Shown in pieces: positions 41,301 to 52,098 of a DNA stretch of 64,000 nucleotides. The position numbers were made by a program, and so were the translations under genes. Origin of the DNA: Macrostomum lignano (lineage: Eukaryota); contig NIVC01000685.1 in the NCBI GenBank assembly GCA_002269645.1, positions 31,190 through 95,189 of the forward strand. The letters run 5' to 3'. Position 1 is the first letter of the stretch. Each line of letters starts with the position of its first letter. The notes under the pieces are model-generated. The model was not told the DNA's origin. It saw nothing but the letters and a program-made list of their open reading frames with translations, and searched no databases.

Positions 41301-42487
41301 ACAACAAGAACTGAAGGTCAGACAACAAAAACTGAAGGTCAGACAACAAAAACTGAAGGTCAGACAACAAAAACTGAAGGTCAGACAACAAAGGCTGACG
41401 ATCAAACAACAAAGGCTGACGATCAGACAACAAAGGCTGAAGGTTATATTCAGCAAACAAAGACCGTTTTGAGTAGTTTTTTAGGTCCTACGTGGCGCTC
41501 TGATTATTTTAAGTTGCCGTGGCAGAAATCAACAAACGATGGAGGTCAGCAGGGTCTGCAACCAGTTTCTGAAGATTCGAAAACTACTAATCTAAGTGGT
41601 AGGCACCAATCATCTAAATGGTTTAGTAATTTTTTAACTGATTTCAGTTGGTACAAAGACACAACTGAGTCGCTGATGCAGAAAGCGAACAAATTCAAAC
41701 TGGAAAAGAACTGGAGCGAAGCCGGAGACGCATTCTCCCAAGCTGCAGAAAACTTTTCGTCATCAAGGTGGCAACACAATTTACGAGCAGGCAGATTGCT
41801 ATCAAAATGCTGCCAACTGTTTTTGCAAAACTGACAAATCAAACGCCGTTCAGTGCTTGGAGCGAGCAGCTCAACTTTACTGCAAAGTCGGCCAGTTCAG
41901 CATTGCGGCCAGACTGATGGAGACAGCCGGTGAGCTGACTGAGGAATGGGCAAGGAAACTTCCCGCTTCGAATACTCAGAACAGTTCCGATCCTGAGCTC
42001 TGTGGCTTTCAGAACATAGACAATACGTATTTAATGCAAGCACTACCAGAAGGCAGCAGACTAATTCAGTGCTGAGAACAGTGTAGCCAGTGCCGCAAGC
42101 TGTAGAACCAAACTGGCCATTTTGCTTGGCGATTCGGGCCAATTTCGTGATGCTGCCAACGAATTCGCAAAGCTGGGTAAAAAGGCTCAAGGCCACGATC
42201 TGCTTCAGTTCGGAGCCAATGATCACATGCTCAAATCGTGCCTGTGCCTTGCAATGAATCCCAAAGCCTGCTCAAAACAAGCCGAGGAACTGGCAGCCAA
42301 GAGCGAGTCATTCGCTAGAAGTGACGAGTTCGCTCTGGTCAAAGGTCTTGCCGCAGCCAACAGTGTCGATGCTTTCGACGAGGCGGTGACCGAGTACGAG
42401 AGATTCAACAATTTGGACGAGTTCGACATGCACCGGATAGCAGATGCTCGTAAAATCTTACAGAGCTCGACAGTTGAGCTTGTTTAG
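14399..42487 (+). pseudogene. Alpha-SNAP-like gene, subfamily A copy A1, containing a 27-kb coding minisatellite; disrupted
   Basis: The ATG at 14399 (MNADISSSIGIKHQTT, homologous to the A3 start) leads into the repeat frame. The repeat frame runs into ANKFKLEKNWSEAGDAF (alpha-SNAP ANMFKMAKNWSAAGNAF), GQFSIAAR and LLQFGANDH...STVELV*. Compared with A2/A3 there is a +1 nt insertion at ~41755, an 11-nt deletion at 42040/42041 and TAC>TAA at 42062-42064. AATAAA lies at 42561. Confidence 0.8.
14438..41444 (+). repeat. 27.0-kb 21-bp minisatellite (~1,286 units) with two main variants, cagacaacaaaggctgacgat (QTTKADD) and cagacaacaaaaactgaaggt (QTTKTEG)
   Basis: Directly visible. 27,007 bp / 21 gives ~1,286 units. 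Minor variants mark higher-order blocks. Confidence 0.98.
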
Positions 42488-44226
42488 AGAGAAGAAGTTG
42501 ACTGTTTTAATCCGTCCCGACTTACAATTTCTTGTTCGGCGAAACTGTTGTGTAGTGATGAATAAACAATAATGTTATAACAATAATAGCATACAGAAGA
42601 CAGTAACATACACAAAAATACAAGAATGCTGTTACTAATTAATTGTATTTTCAGTTCATTATCTGTGTATTTTGTATTAAATAACTTAATTGGCCTAGCC
42701 CCTGGTAACTTTTTAGTGTTTTGTACATTTTCTCGACAATATTTTGTTAGTAGATATGTTGATCAATTGGTTTTCGTTTTCATAAACCCCCTATCAGCCT
42801 AATGATGATGCCATATCAAAACAACAATCAAAACAAGTGATTGTTTTGTTATTTATTCGCTATTTCTATATAAATATTTAAATATTGTGATGACCTTGAA
42901 TGTTTTTTCTGGACTAAAAATTTAACCGAACTGCACTGTAATATAAAGTTGTATTGAAGTTCAACCTATCTGGCCACACTTTTAACTGTTAAAGTTAAAA
43001 CAGCAGTTAGAAGTCGTAATCGTCTGTTGTAATTTTCAATTCATACTTTTGGAGTTTTCTTCATGCTGTTCTAATACATTTTTTGTTTTGTTTTTTACCC
43101 TGTTTTTATTTTGGCTCTTCTCCAAAACTCAGATTTATCAAAGAAATTTTCATGTATTGTAAAAATAATATTCGTTGATGAAAATAACGATATGTTGTTG
43201 AACAAACGCTAGAATGAGGTTAAATATATGCTTAATGTTACAATTTTCAGACTAAGATATTGTCTTGTGTGTTATTAGTTTTTTTGTTTCACTGATTGAT
43301 TAACTAGCTATAAGGCATACTTAGAATGGTGAATCGTGAAGAAACATGATCCGTAGTGTTTAAGACTCCGTTCTTTTCGTTTCTTTTCTCGTTTCTTGAT
43401 AAGCTTGTTTAGACTTTTAAACTTATTCTAAGTTAGTTAATTTTATAAGAATTTCTGGGCAACAGTTAGTGCGACTGCATTGAACTGGTTTGTCCAATTC
43501 TCGCTTTGGATTTGCAGTCCTGAAAACTTGAAAAGCATAAAATCCAAGTGCCTGTGCATAGCAAGCAAGAGAGCAAGAGAGCAAAGGCCCCCCCCCCCAG
43601 TTCAGGCCGATTAACAGCCGGTAAACAATCTTTCCTCTTGCCTGCTTGTGTCTGACTTTGACCCTCTTTCCTTACTGCTCTCTCATTGGCTGAGCTGGAT
43701 TGAGCCTACCCCCTAAGATTAGTTTCGTCCATCTGTGCTTGGCCACTCGCCTTACTTCTCTCTCATTGGCTGAGCTAGATTGGGGTCAGCTGTTCAGGAG
43801 GGGTGTTCAAACGTCTGTGGAATAGGGGGAGGGGGGAAGTGATTTCCATCCTCAACCCAAATACGAGCGTATCATAAACCCGAAATATCACAAATTTCAT
43901 AAACCCAAAATTGCTAGCAACATCCATCATAAACCCAAAATATCATAACTCCAAAAATGACAACAATGTCTAACTCTATTTCGGTTTTCGGAGTTATATT
44001 TCGGGTTTGTGATGGCGACCCGTGGAATAGACCTGACTGCTTGCCTCCTAGTTGGCTCCGGATCGACTGTCGCCCCCTTGATTTTCGACAGTGCTCAAAA
44101 CAACTTTGAACTGAACAAAGATATTTCATACCTAGTCTTTTGTTATAATACATTTCTTCTTTTCAGCTCTAGGACTAATCAAAATACAGAACTTTGCTCA
44201 GCCTCCAGAAGCGTTAAGCCGAGAGA

Positions 44227-45303
44227 ATGCCGCCAGCCGAAAGCAGATCCAACCTGACTAATTTAAAGATCCAGGGCAACAATGTTTCCAACGATGTTCC
44301 CGACGCCGGTTCGTCCTCTGCTCCTATCATGGACAACTACGAGTATATGTTATTGCTCGTATTTTTCGTAGGAATTATAGTTTTGATTTATCTTGGGCTC
44401 CAAAACGTAAAGACTCTAATAAACACACATAAAAATACCGTTACCAATATAATCACCGTTGAAAGATTGTACTCTGCGTCAAAGAACCTCTGCCGCTGCG
44501 TTCGAAAGTTTTTTACTAGGTCTAGAAAGCAAGCAGAAAAACGTGTAAACCGAGGAAACCAGCTGAAGCTTCGTCAAAACTGGCGCGAAGCTGGGCAGGA
44601 ATTCGAAGCCGCAGCCGAGCAGTTCTCAAAGCAGAGGCGATGCGAGCTCGATGCGGCCAACAATTACTCAGAGGCTGCGAACTGCTACCGCAAGCTGCCA
44701 GACACGAGACCGAAGGCCGTGCGGTGCCTGCAGCAAGCGGCCGAGATGTACGCAGAGCAGGGCCAGTTCAGCATCGCTGCCAGACAGCTGGAGGAGGCTG
44801 GAGACCTGCTGGCTGCATCTCAGCAAGTCGAGGAGGCCATCGATGTCTACGTGAGAGCGGCGGACTTCTGGAGCGGCGAGGACAGTCCGGCCAGCGCTGC
44901 GGGCAGCCGCGCCAAGGCCGCGGAGTTGATGGCGGACTGCGGGAGGCTGGCAGAGGCGGCCGCGGTGTTTGAGGATCTGGGAGTGTCGGCTGAGCAGCAC
45001 AGTCTGTTGAGCTTCGGAGCCAAGGACCACCTGGCCAAGAGCTGTCTGTGCCTGCTGTGCTCAGCAGCTGCGGGAGTCGGCGAGAAGGCGGAGCAGCTGG
45101 CTGTGCTGTGCGGCTCGTTCAAGGACACCGACGAGCTCTCGCTGGTGAGGTCGCTGGCTTCGGCTACCGACGCTCGCGACGTCGCAGCCGTCGACGCCGC
45201 GGTGTCCGAGTTCGAGAAGTTCAACAACTTGGACGTCTTCGCCAGGAGGATGCTGCACCAGCTGAGGAAAATCGCAGCCAGAGAGATAACCACGCTGACC
45301 TGA
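44227..45303 (+). CDS. Alpha-SNAP-like protein B1 (358 aa) with an N-terminal transmembrane helix
   Basis: Intact ORF. TM MLLLVFFVGIIVLIYLGL is followed by the SNAP domain (NWREAGQEF, GQFSIAAR, FWSGEDS, LLSFGAKDH, NLD...TLT*). Confidence 0.9.
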   Translation: MPPAESRSNLTNLKIQGNNVSNDVPDAGSSSAPIMDNYEYMLLLVFFVGIIVLIYLGLQNVKTLINTHKNTVTNIITVERLYSASKNLCRCVRKFFTRSRKQAEKRVNRGNQLKLRQNWREAGQEFEAAAEQFSKQRRCELDAANNYSEAANCYRKLPDTRPKAVRCLQQAAEMYAEQGQFSIAARQLEEAGDLLAASQQVEEAIDVYVRAADFWSGEDSPASAAGSRAKAAELMADCGRLAEAAAVFEDLGVSAEQHSLLSFGAKDHLAKSCLCLLCSAAAGVGEKAEQLAVLCGSFKDTDELSLVRSLASATDARDVAAVDAAVSEFEKFNNLDVFARRMLHQLRKIAAREITTLT

Positions 45304-45493
45304 ACTTTAATTCTCTTTGGAAGATATTGGAACTTGAATTTGCTTGTCTGATATTTATCATAGTTGTTTAACATCGAGTAAAGAGGGTTCGAGGTGGATT
45401 GTTTTTTTTCATATTCAAGGCTGTTTTGTTAAAGTTTTTCAGACATTAGAGTGTTTTTAGGAAACCAGAAACTCATCCATACGGTCTCCTACA

Positions 45494-46161
45494 AAGAGAC
45501 AGGAGCGCCAACCAAAAGACAGGGGTGACACCAAGAGACAGGGGTGCCACCAAGAGACAGGGATGCCACCAAGAGACAGGGGTGACACCAAGAGACAGGG
45601 GTGCCACCAAGAGACAGACAGGAGTGACACCAAGAGACAGGGGTGCCACCAAGAGACAGGGGTGACACCAAGAGACAGGGGTGGCACCAAGAGACAGGGG
45701 TGCCCACCAAGAGACAGGGGTGCCCACCAAGAGACAGGGGTGCCCACCAAGAGACAGGGGTGCCCACCAAGAGACAGGGGTGCCACCAAGAGACAGGGAT
45801 GCCACCAAGAGACAGACAGGAGTGACACCAAGAGACAGGGGTGCCACCAAGAGACAGGGGTGACACCAAGAGACAGGGGTGGCACCAAGAGACAGGGGTG
45901 CCCACCAAGAGACAGGGGTGCCCACCAAGAGACAGGGGTGCCACCAAGAGACAGGGGTGCCACCAAGAGACAGGGGTGCCACCAAGAGACAGGGGTGCCA
46001 CCAAGAGACAGGGGTGCCACCAAGAGACAGGGGTGCCACCAAGAGACAGGGGTGACACCAAGAGACAGGGGTGACACCAAGAGACAGGGGTGCCACCAAG
46101 AGACAGGGGTGACACCAAGAGACAGGGGCGCCCACCAAGAGACAGGGGTGCCCACTAAGAC
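45494..46161. repeat. 19-20-bp G-rich minisatellite (ccaccaagagacaggggtg), roughly 33-35 units
   Basis: Period 19 is visible at 45961/45980, with 20- and 23-bp variants. It is absent from the paralogous flank of B2. Confidence 0.95.
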
Positions 46162-47488
46162 CCCAAATATTCGCGGACCTTAGAGTTTAAGGCGGCCAAC
46201 TCTAATTAAAATCCTGCATTCGGCACAGACAGAAAATTTCATCATAATGTCAATGTTCCCCTCAAACTGTAATAATTCATAAAACAGGGCTATCTAATTT
46301 GTATCTTTTGTTTAACGAAAGAGCACTTTAACAGTATGTATTCACCTTTACAATATGGATTAATTATTAGGTATTTTTTTATTTAAAGTGTTCAAAAAGT
46401 GGTGCTACGAGCGTTTTTAAACGCTTTTAAATATTTCTTTTTTATTTTGAAAGACTAGCTACGATTTACATTCAGATGAATTTATTTACATTAGTTTCTA
46501 CAAGCACGCCCTAACTGTTTGTAATTTATTTTTTCTTTCTAATATAGCTCGTAAGATTTAGAGTAAGAATTTACAGAACAATTGCAGATTTTTTCTTATC
46601 AAGAAGATTGGGTTGCTGAGAGACTTTCTGCTTGAAATTAAGATTACAATGCTTTGTAAGCCTTTATAAAAAATTCAGGAGCAGGTTCAGGATTTGTATA
46701 GCCGCGAGGGCCCCTCATATGTCTGTCATCCGTGGGTGCATCAGATTGTTATATGAGTTATGTCATGAATTAGACAAGGATCATAACGGTTTCTTACGAC
46801 TCGTTTTCTGTTGGAAAGACAGCTGGACTCCTTTGACCCCAGTCGATCTACTACTGCATAAATTTTTATCTTTTATCTGTAAGATCTGCTAATTTTATTG
46901 TACTTCTTCTGTATTTTATGTACTTTAGCGCTAAGAGTTTGTTTACCATACGTGATAGTTTCTTTTCTTGATGCGATCAAAAAATGTTCTTAATAACATA
47001 GAAATAATAAATTATTTGTTTCGACGGTTTGAATTTTTTCGGAAAAGGTTTCGTTTTAATGATGATATTTCATAATTTAGGAAAATATTGTCGAGTCTAG
47101 CTACTGTTCTAGGACAAAACATCTTCATATTTACGTGAATTTTCTTACAAAATCTTTCGAAAGCATGCAATTATGTTATTAATAATCTTCTAACTAGCTC
47201 GTAGTTTAGTTTTAGTAATTCTTAGTAGCTGCTCGTAACTTAATAACATTTATCTAAAATCTACCAATCAATTCTAGTATGTAACAAACGACTCAAAGTT
47301 TAACGTTCAGGAACAAGCTTATCTCAGCTTTGACGAAGCACTTTCGGGGAGTTATAGGGAAAACTCTTTTTCGGTATTGTGAATGCTTGTAGCTTGAACT
47401 ATGTCTATAGCTGTTGAATCTAAAATATTCCACACCTTTTCTTCCATCATTTCGCTCCCGCGCGTTACTAATCTACTTTAAACGTATC

Positions 47489-47659
47489 CAGGGGCGGACC
47501 GAGGGGGGGGCCAAGGGGTCCATGGCCCCCCCTCAGCTCTGCCAAAAAGATCCTCAGATGTATTGGCTTAGGATATTGGTACCCTAATTGCAGCTCTGGC
47601 CTGACCAGACGTGAGGCTTGCCCCCCCCCCCTCTAGAAAAAATCCTGGGTCCGCCCCTG
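47489..47659. mobile_element. 171-bp MITE with 12-bp TIRs and an 8-bp TSD (hAT-like)
   Basis: TIRs are caggggcggacc and ggtccgcccctg. The direct repeat aacgtatc flanks the element at 47481-47488 and 47660-47667. An 8-bp TSD is typical of hAT elements. Confidence 0.9.
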
Positions 47660-47769
47660 AACGTATCTGGCTTGAAAATTAGTAAAAACGATAGTTAAAA
47701 TTTTACGAACATGTGCGCTCATTATTAGCTGTTTTAGCTAGGCTCAGCATTTTTCTAATAAATAATTTA

Positions 47770-47787
47770 AACTGACACCTTTTTCAG
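47770..47787 (+). promoter_or_regulatory. Candidate 3' splice or trans-splice acceptor (ctgac...ttttcag) 5 nt before the A2 start; similar Y-tract+CAG sites precede A1, B1, B2, B3, B4 and B5
   Basis: CAG ends at 14365, 44166, 47787, 52043, 56728, 58953 and 61208, each 2-60 nt upstream of the proposed ATG. Confidence 0.5.
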
Positions 47788-48458
47788 AAAAAATGCCATC
47801 ATTTATTGATCGAGTTCAGATGCTGTGTCGATTGTGTCGATTGGACGTATGGTTCGCCAACTGGTTGCTGCAAACATTGAAACCGTATTTATTTACAATA
47901 TTCACATTATTCACCATACTACTGTTAGTAGTAGATTTACTAAAGGACGTAATGAAAGCAGTAGTAATAGCAACAGTAGAAGCAGCAAGATTTTCCTCCA
48001 TTAGTTTAGTAATAGAAGTAGTAGTATTGGGAGGACTGATATGGGCCGCTTTTCAACATTTACGCGGAAGAACGCCTTCATTAGAAGGGCAAGGCGGCGA
48101 ACGTTCAAACATAAATCTTATCTCGCGCGATTCTAGCCATGAAGACATCAGCAGGACACCTGAAGGCCCGGTGCGTAATTTTAATCCTTTAAATTGGAAC
48201 TTCTCTGCTCTTCTCTTCTCTGCAATTGTTAGTACAGTTTGGATAGGTCAGATGAGTCAGCAAACAGTGAGGGAAGATCCGAAAGCCACTGAACCGAGTC
48301 AATGTGGTAAACATCAATCATCAAGTTCATGGTCGAGTAATATTTTAACTGGTTGGACATGGTTCAAAGATGCAGCCGTGGCTAAACTTACTGCTGAGTC
48401 GGTTAAGAAGACAGTATCTTCAGTCCTTAGTACGGTTACTGAACACCGTCCTGACGAT

Positions 48459-48710
48459 CAGACAACAAAGGCTGACGATCAGACAACAAAGGCTGACGAT
48501 CAGACAACAAAGGCTGACGATCAGACAACAAAGGCTGACGATCAGACAACAAAGGCTGACGATCAGACAACAAAGGCTGACGATTGGACAATAAAGGCTG
48601 ACGATCAGACAACAAAGGCTGACGATCAGACAATAAAAACTGAAGGTCAGACAATAAAGGCTGACGATCAGACAGCGAGGATTGAAGGTCAGACAACAAA
48701 GGATGGAGGT
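48459..48710 (+). repeat. 12 in-frame units of the same 21-bp QTTKADD repeat inside A2
   Basis: Same unit sequence as 14438-41444. Confidence 0.95.
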
Positions 48711-48965
48711 CAGATGAGTCAGCAAACAGTGACTGAAGATCCCAAAACAAATGCTGGAGGTCAGATGAGTCAGCAAACAGTGACTGAAGATCCGAAAACA
48801 AATGCTGGAGGTCAGATGAGTCAGCAAACAGTGACTGAAGATCCGAAAACAAATGCTGGAGGTCAGATGAGTCAGCAAACAGTGACTGAAGATCCGAAAA
48901 CAAATGCTGGAGGTCAGATGAGTCAGCAAACAGTGACTGAAGATCCGAAAACAAATGCTGGAGGT
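48711..48965 (+). repeat. 51-bp coding repeat (QMSQQTVTEDPKTNAGG), 5 copies
   Basis: Copies start at 48711, 48762, 48813, 48864 and 48915; a diverged sixth starts at 48966. Confidence 0.95.
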
Positions 48966-51409
48966 CAGATGAGTCAGCAAACAGTGAGTGAAGATTCGAA
49001 TGCCACTGAACAGAGTCAATGTGGTAAACATCAATCATCAAGTTCATGGTCGAGTAATATTTTAACTCGTTGGACCTGGCTCAAAGATGCAGCCGTGGCT
49101 ACACTTCATGGTGCTGATGCTGCTGAGTCGCTGATGCAGAAAGCCAACAAATTCAAACTGGAAAAGAACTGGAGCGAAGCCGGAGACGCATTCTCAGAAG
49201 CTGCAGAGAAATTTCGTCATCAAGGTGGCAACACAATTCACGAGCAGGCGGATTGCTATCAAAATGCTGCCAACTGTTTTTGCAAGACGGACAAATCCAA
49301 AGCCGTTCACTGCTTTGAGCGAGCAGCTCAACTTTACTGCGAAGTCGGCCAGTTCAGCATTGCGGCCAGACTGATGGAGACAGCCGGTGAGCTACTGAGG
49401 AATTGGCAAGGAAACTTCCCGCTTGGAATACTCAGAACAGTTCCGATCCTGAGCTCAGTTTTTTAGAGTTCGTAAGCGATGTGAATTCAACTTATTTAAT
49501 GAAAGAAGCCATAAACCGCTACCAGAAGGCAGCAGACCACTTCAGTGCTGAGAACAGTGTCGCCAGTGCCGCAAGCTGTAGAACCAAACTGGCCATTTTG
49601 CTTGGCGATTCGGGCCAACTCCGTGTTGCTGCCAACGAATTCGCAAAGCTGGGTGAAGAGGCTCAAGGCCACGGTCTGCTTCAGTTCGGAGCCAATGATC
49701 ACATGCTCAAGTCGTGCCTGTGCCTTGCAATGAATCCCGATGCCTGCTCAAAACAGGCCGATGAACTGGCAGCCAAGAGCGAGTCATTCGCTAGAAGTGA
49801 CGAGTTCGCTCTGGTCAAAGGTCTTGCCACAGCCAACAGTGTCGAAGCTTTCGACAAGGCGGTGGCCGAGTACGAGAGATTCAACAATTTGGACGAGTTC
49901 GACATGCGCCGGATAACAGATGCTCGTAAAAATTATCGGAGCTCGACGCCGTCGACGGTTGAGCTTGTTTAGAGAGAAGAAGTTGACTGTTTTAATCCGT
50001 CCCGACTTACAATTTCTTGTTTGGCGAAACTGTTGTGTGGTGATGAATAACACTAATTATGTTATAACAATAATAGCATACAGAAGACGTTAACATACAC
50101 AAAAATACAAGAATGCTGTTACTAATTGTATTTTAAGCTCATTATCTGTGTATTTTGTATTAAATAACTTAATTGGCCTAGCCCCTGGTAACTTTTTGGT
50201 GTTTTGTATATTTTCTCTACAATATTTTGTTAGTAGAGATAGGGATCAATTGGTTTTCATTTCATAAAATTCCTATCAGACTAATGATGATCCATATTTC
50301 AGTACAGTTTAGAACAACGGAAAGGCCCGTTGACAATCAAAACAAGTGATTATTTTGTTACAATATTCGCTATATTTAAATATTGCGACGACCTTGAATG
50401 TTTTTTTCTTGACTAAAAATTTAACCGAACTGCATTGTAAAGTTGTCTTGAAGTTCAATCTGTTTGGTCACACTTAACTGTTGAAGTTAAAACAGCAGTT
50501 AGAAGTTGTAATTGTCGGTTGTAATTTTCATACTTTTGTAGTTTTCTTCATGATATTTTCAATCGTATCTGTCTGTTTTATTTTGACTCTTATTTTCACC
50601 CCAAATCTCAGATTTATCCAGAGTTTTATACGTGTATTGCTAAAATAATATTCGTTGATGAAATTAACGATACGATATGTTGTGGAACAAACGCAGAATG
50701 AGGTTCAATATATGCTTAATAGTAGCAGTCTTAGACTAAGACATTTATTGTGTGTTATTAGTTTTTTGTTTTTCTGATTGAATAACCAAAGAAAGGCTTA
50801 TATACTTTGTAGATAGAATCATTGAAGAAACATGATCCGTAGTGTTCAAGACTCTGTTCTTTTCGTTTCTTTTCTCGTTTCTTGATAAGCTTGTATAGAC
50901 TTGTAAACTTATTCTAAGTTAGTTAATTAGCCATTCTGGGTATCAGTTTGAACTGCTTTTGTCCAGTTTTCGCTTAATTGGGTCCGCAGTCTTGAAAACT
51001 GGAAGAGCCCAAAATTCAAGTGCGTGTGCATAGCGAGTAAGAGAGAAAGGGGGTGGCACCCCCAGCCCGACTAACAGCCAGTAAACAGGCTTTTCTCTTG
51101 CCCGCTTGTGTCTGACTTTGACTCTCTCCTTACTGCTCTCTCATTGGCTGAGCTGGATTGGGCCTGCCCCCCCCCAGGCTGAGTTTGTGTCTGAGTCTGT
51201 GCTTGGCCACTCGCCTTTCTTCTCTCTCAGTGGCTGAGCTAGATTGGGATCAGCTGGTGTTTAGACGTCAGTAGTGGAATAGGGGGGGGGAGGGAATCAC
51301 AAACCCAAAAAATCACAACTCCAAAAAGCGCTTTCCACCATCAACCCGAAATATCAGAAACCCGAAATATGAAAATACAAACCCGAAATTGCTTAGCAAC
51401 GCCCATTAT

Positions 51410-51780
51410 AAACCCGAAATATCATAAACCCGAAATATCATAAACCTGAAATATCATAAACCCGAAATATCATAAACCCGAAATATCATAAACCCGAAAT
51501 ATCATAAACCCAAAATATCATAAACCCGAAATATCATAAACCCGAAATATCATAAACCCGAAATATCATAAACTTGAAATATCATAAACCCGAAATATCA
51601 TAAACCCAAAATATCATAAACTCGAAATATTATAAACCCGAAATATCATTAACCCGAAATATCATAAACCTGAAATATCATAAACCCGAAATATCATAAA
51701 CCTAAAATATCATAAACCTAAAATATCATAAACCCGAATTATCGTAAACCCGAAATATCACAAATATCATAAACCGGAAA
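51410..51780. repeat. 16-bp minisatellite (aaacccgaaatatcat), about 23 units
   Basis: Period 16 is visible. Only 3-4 degenerate units occur at the paralogous site 43870-43950. Confidence 0.95.
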
Positions 51781-52098
51781 TAGCTAGCAACGCCCATCAT
51801 AAACCCAAAATATCATAACTCCGAAGATGACAACAATGTCTACTCTATTTCGGTTTCCCGAGTTATACTGAAGTATTTCAGGTTTGTGATGGCGACCCGT
51901 GGAAAAGACCTGACTGCTTGCCTCCTCGCTGGCTCCGAGTCGACTGTCGCCCCCTTGATTTGCGACAGTGCTCAAAACAACTTTGAACTGAACAAAGATA
52001 TTTCATACCTAGTCTTTTGTTATAATACATTTCTTCTTTTCAGCTCTAGGACTAATCAAAATACAGAACTTTGCTCAGCCTCCAGAAGCGTTAAGCCT

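Larger units (their letters stand above)
47793..49972 (+). pseudogene. Alpha-SNAP-like gene A2 with 2-3 N-terminal hydrophobic segments and a repeat linker; single -1 frameshift at ~49394
   Basis: ORFs 47793-49466 and 49403-49972 join if one G is restored (gagctactgagg versus gagctgactgagg in A1/A3). Hydrophobic segments are YLFTIFTLFTILLLVV, ISLVIEVVVLGGLIWAAF and FSALLFSAIVSTVWI. The lesion could be a sequencing error. Confidence 0.8.

Noticed and set aside
14414-41460. Long minus-strand ORFs (LSDRQPL, CCLIVSL) and plus-strand RQQRLTI ORFs, up to 1745 aa
   Set aside because: These are by-products of a stop-free 21-bp unit. Only the QTT frame connects to a start and to a recognisable domain and matches paralog A2.
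44640-45374. Overlapping alternative-frame and antisense ORFs in the B cassettes (also repeated at B2-B5)
   Set aside because: Expected in GC-rich coding DNA. Their recurrence reflects near-identity of the cassettes, not independent conservation.
45457-46183. ORFs of 206-232 aa (WWHPCLLV and PPRDRG repeats)
   Set aside because: Translations of the 19-20-bp minisatellite, which is absent from the paralogous locus.
51886-52098. 71-codon N-terminal extension of B2
   Set aside because: The homologous stretch upstream of B1 is out of frame and contains the candidate splice acceptor, so ATG 52099 is preferred.
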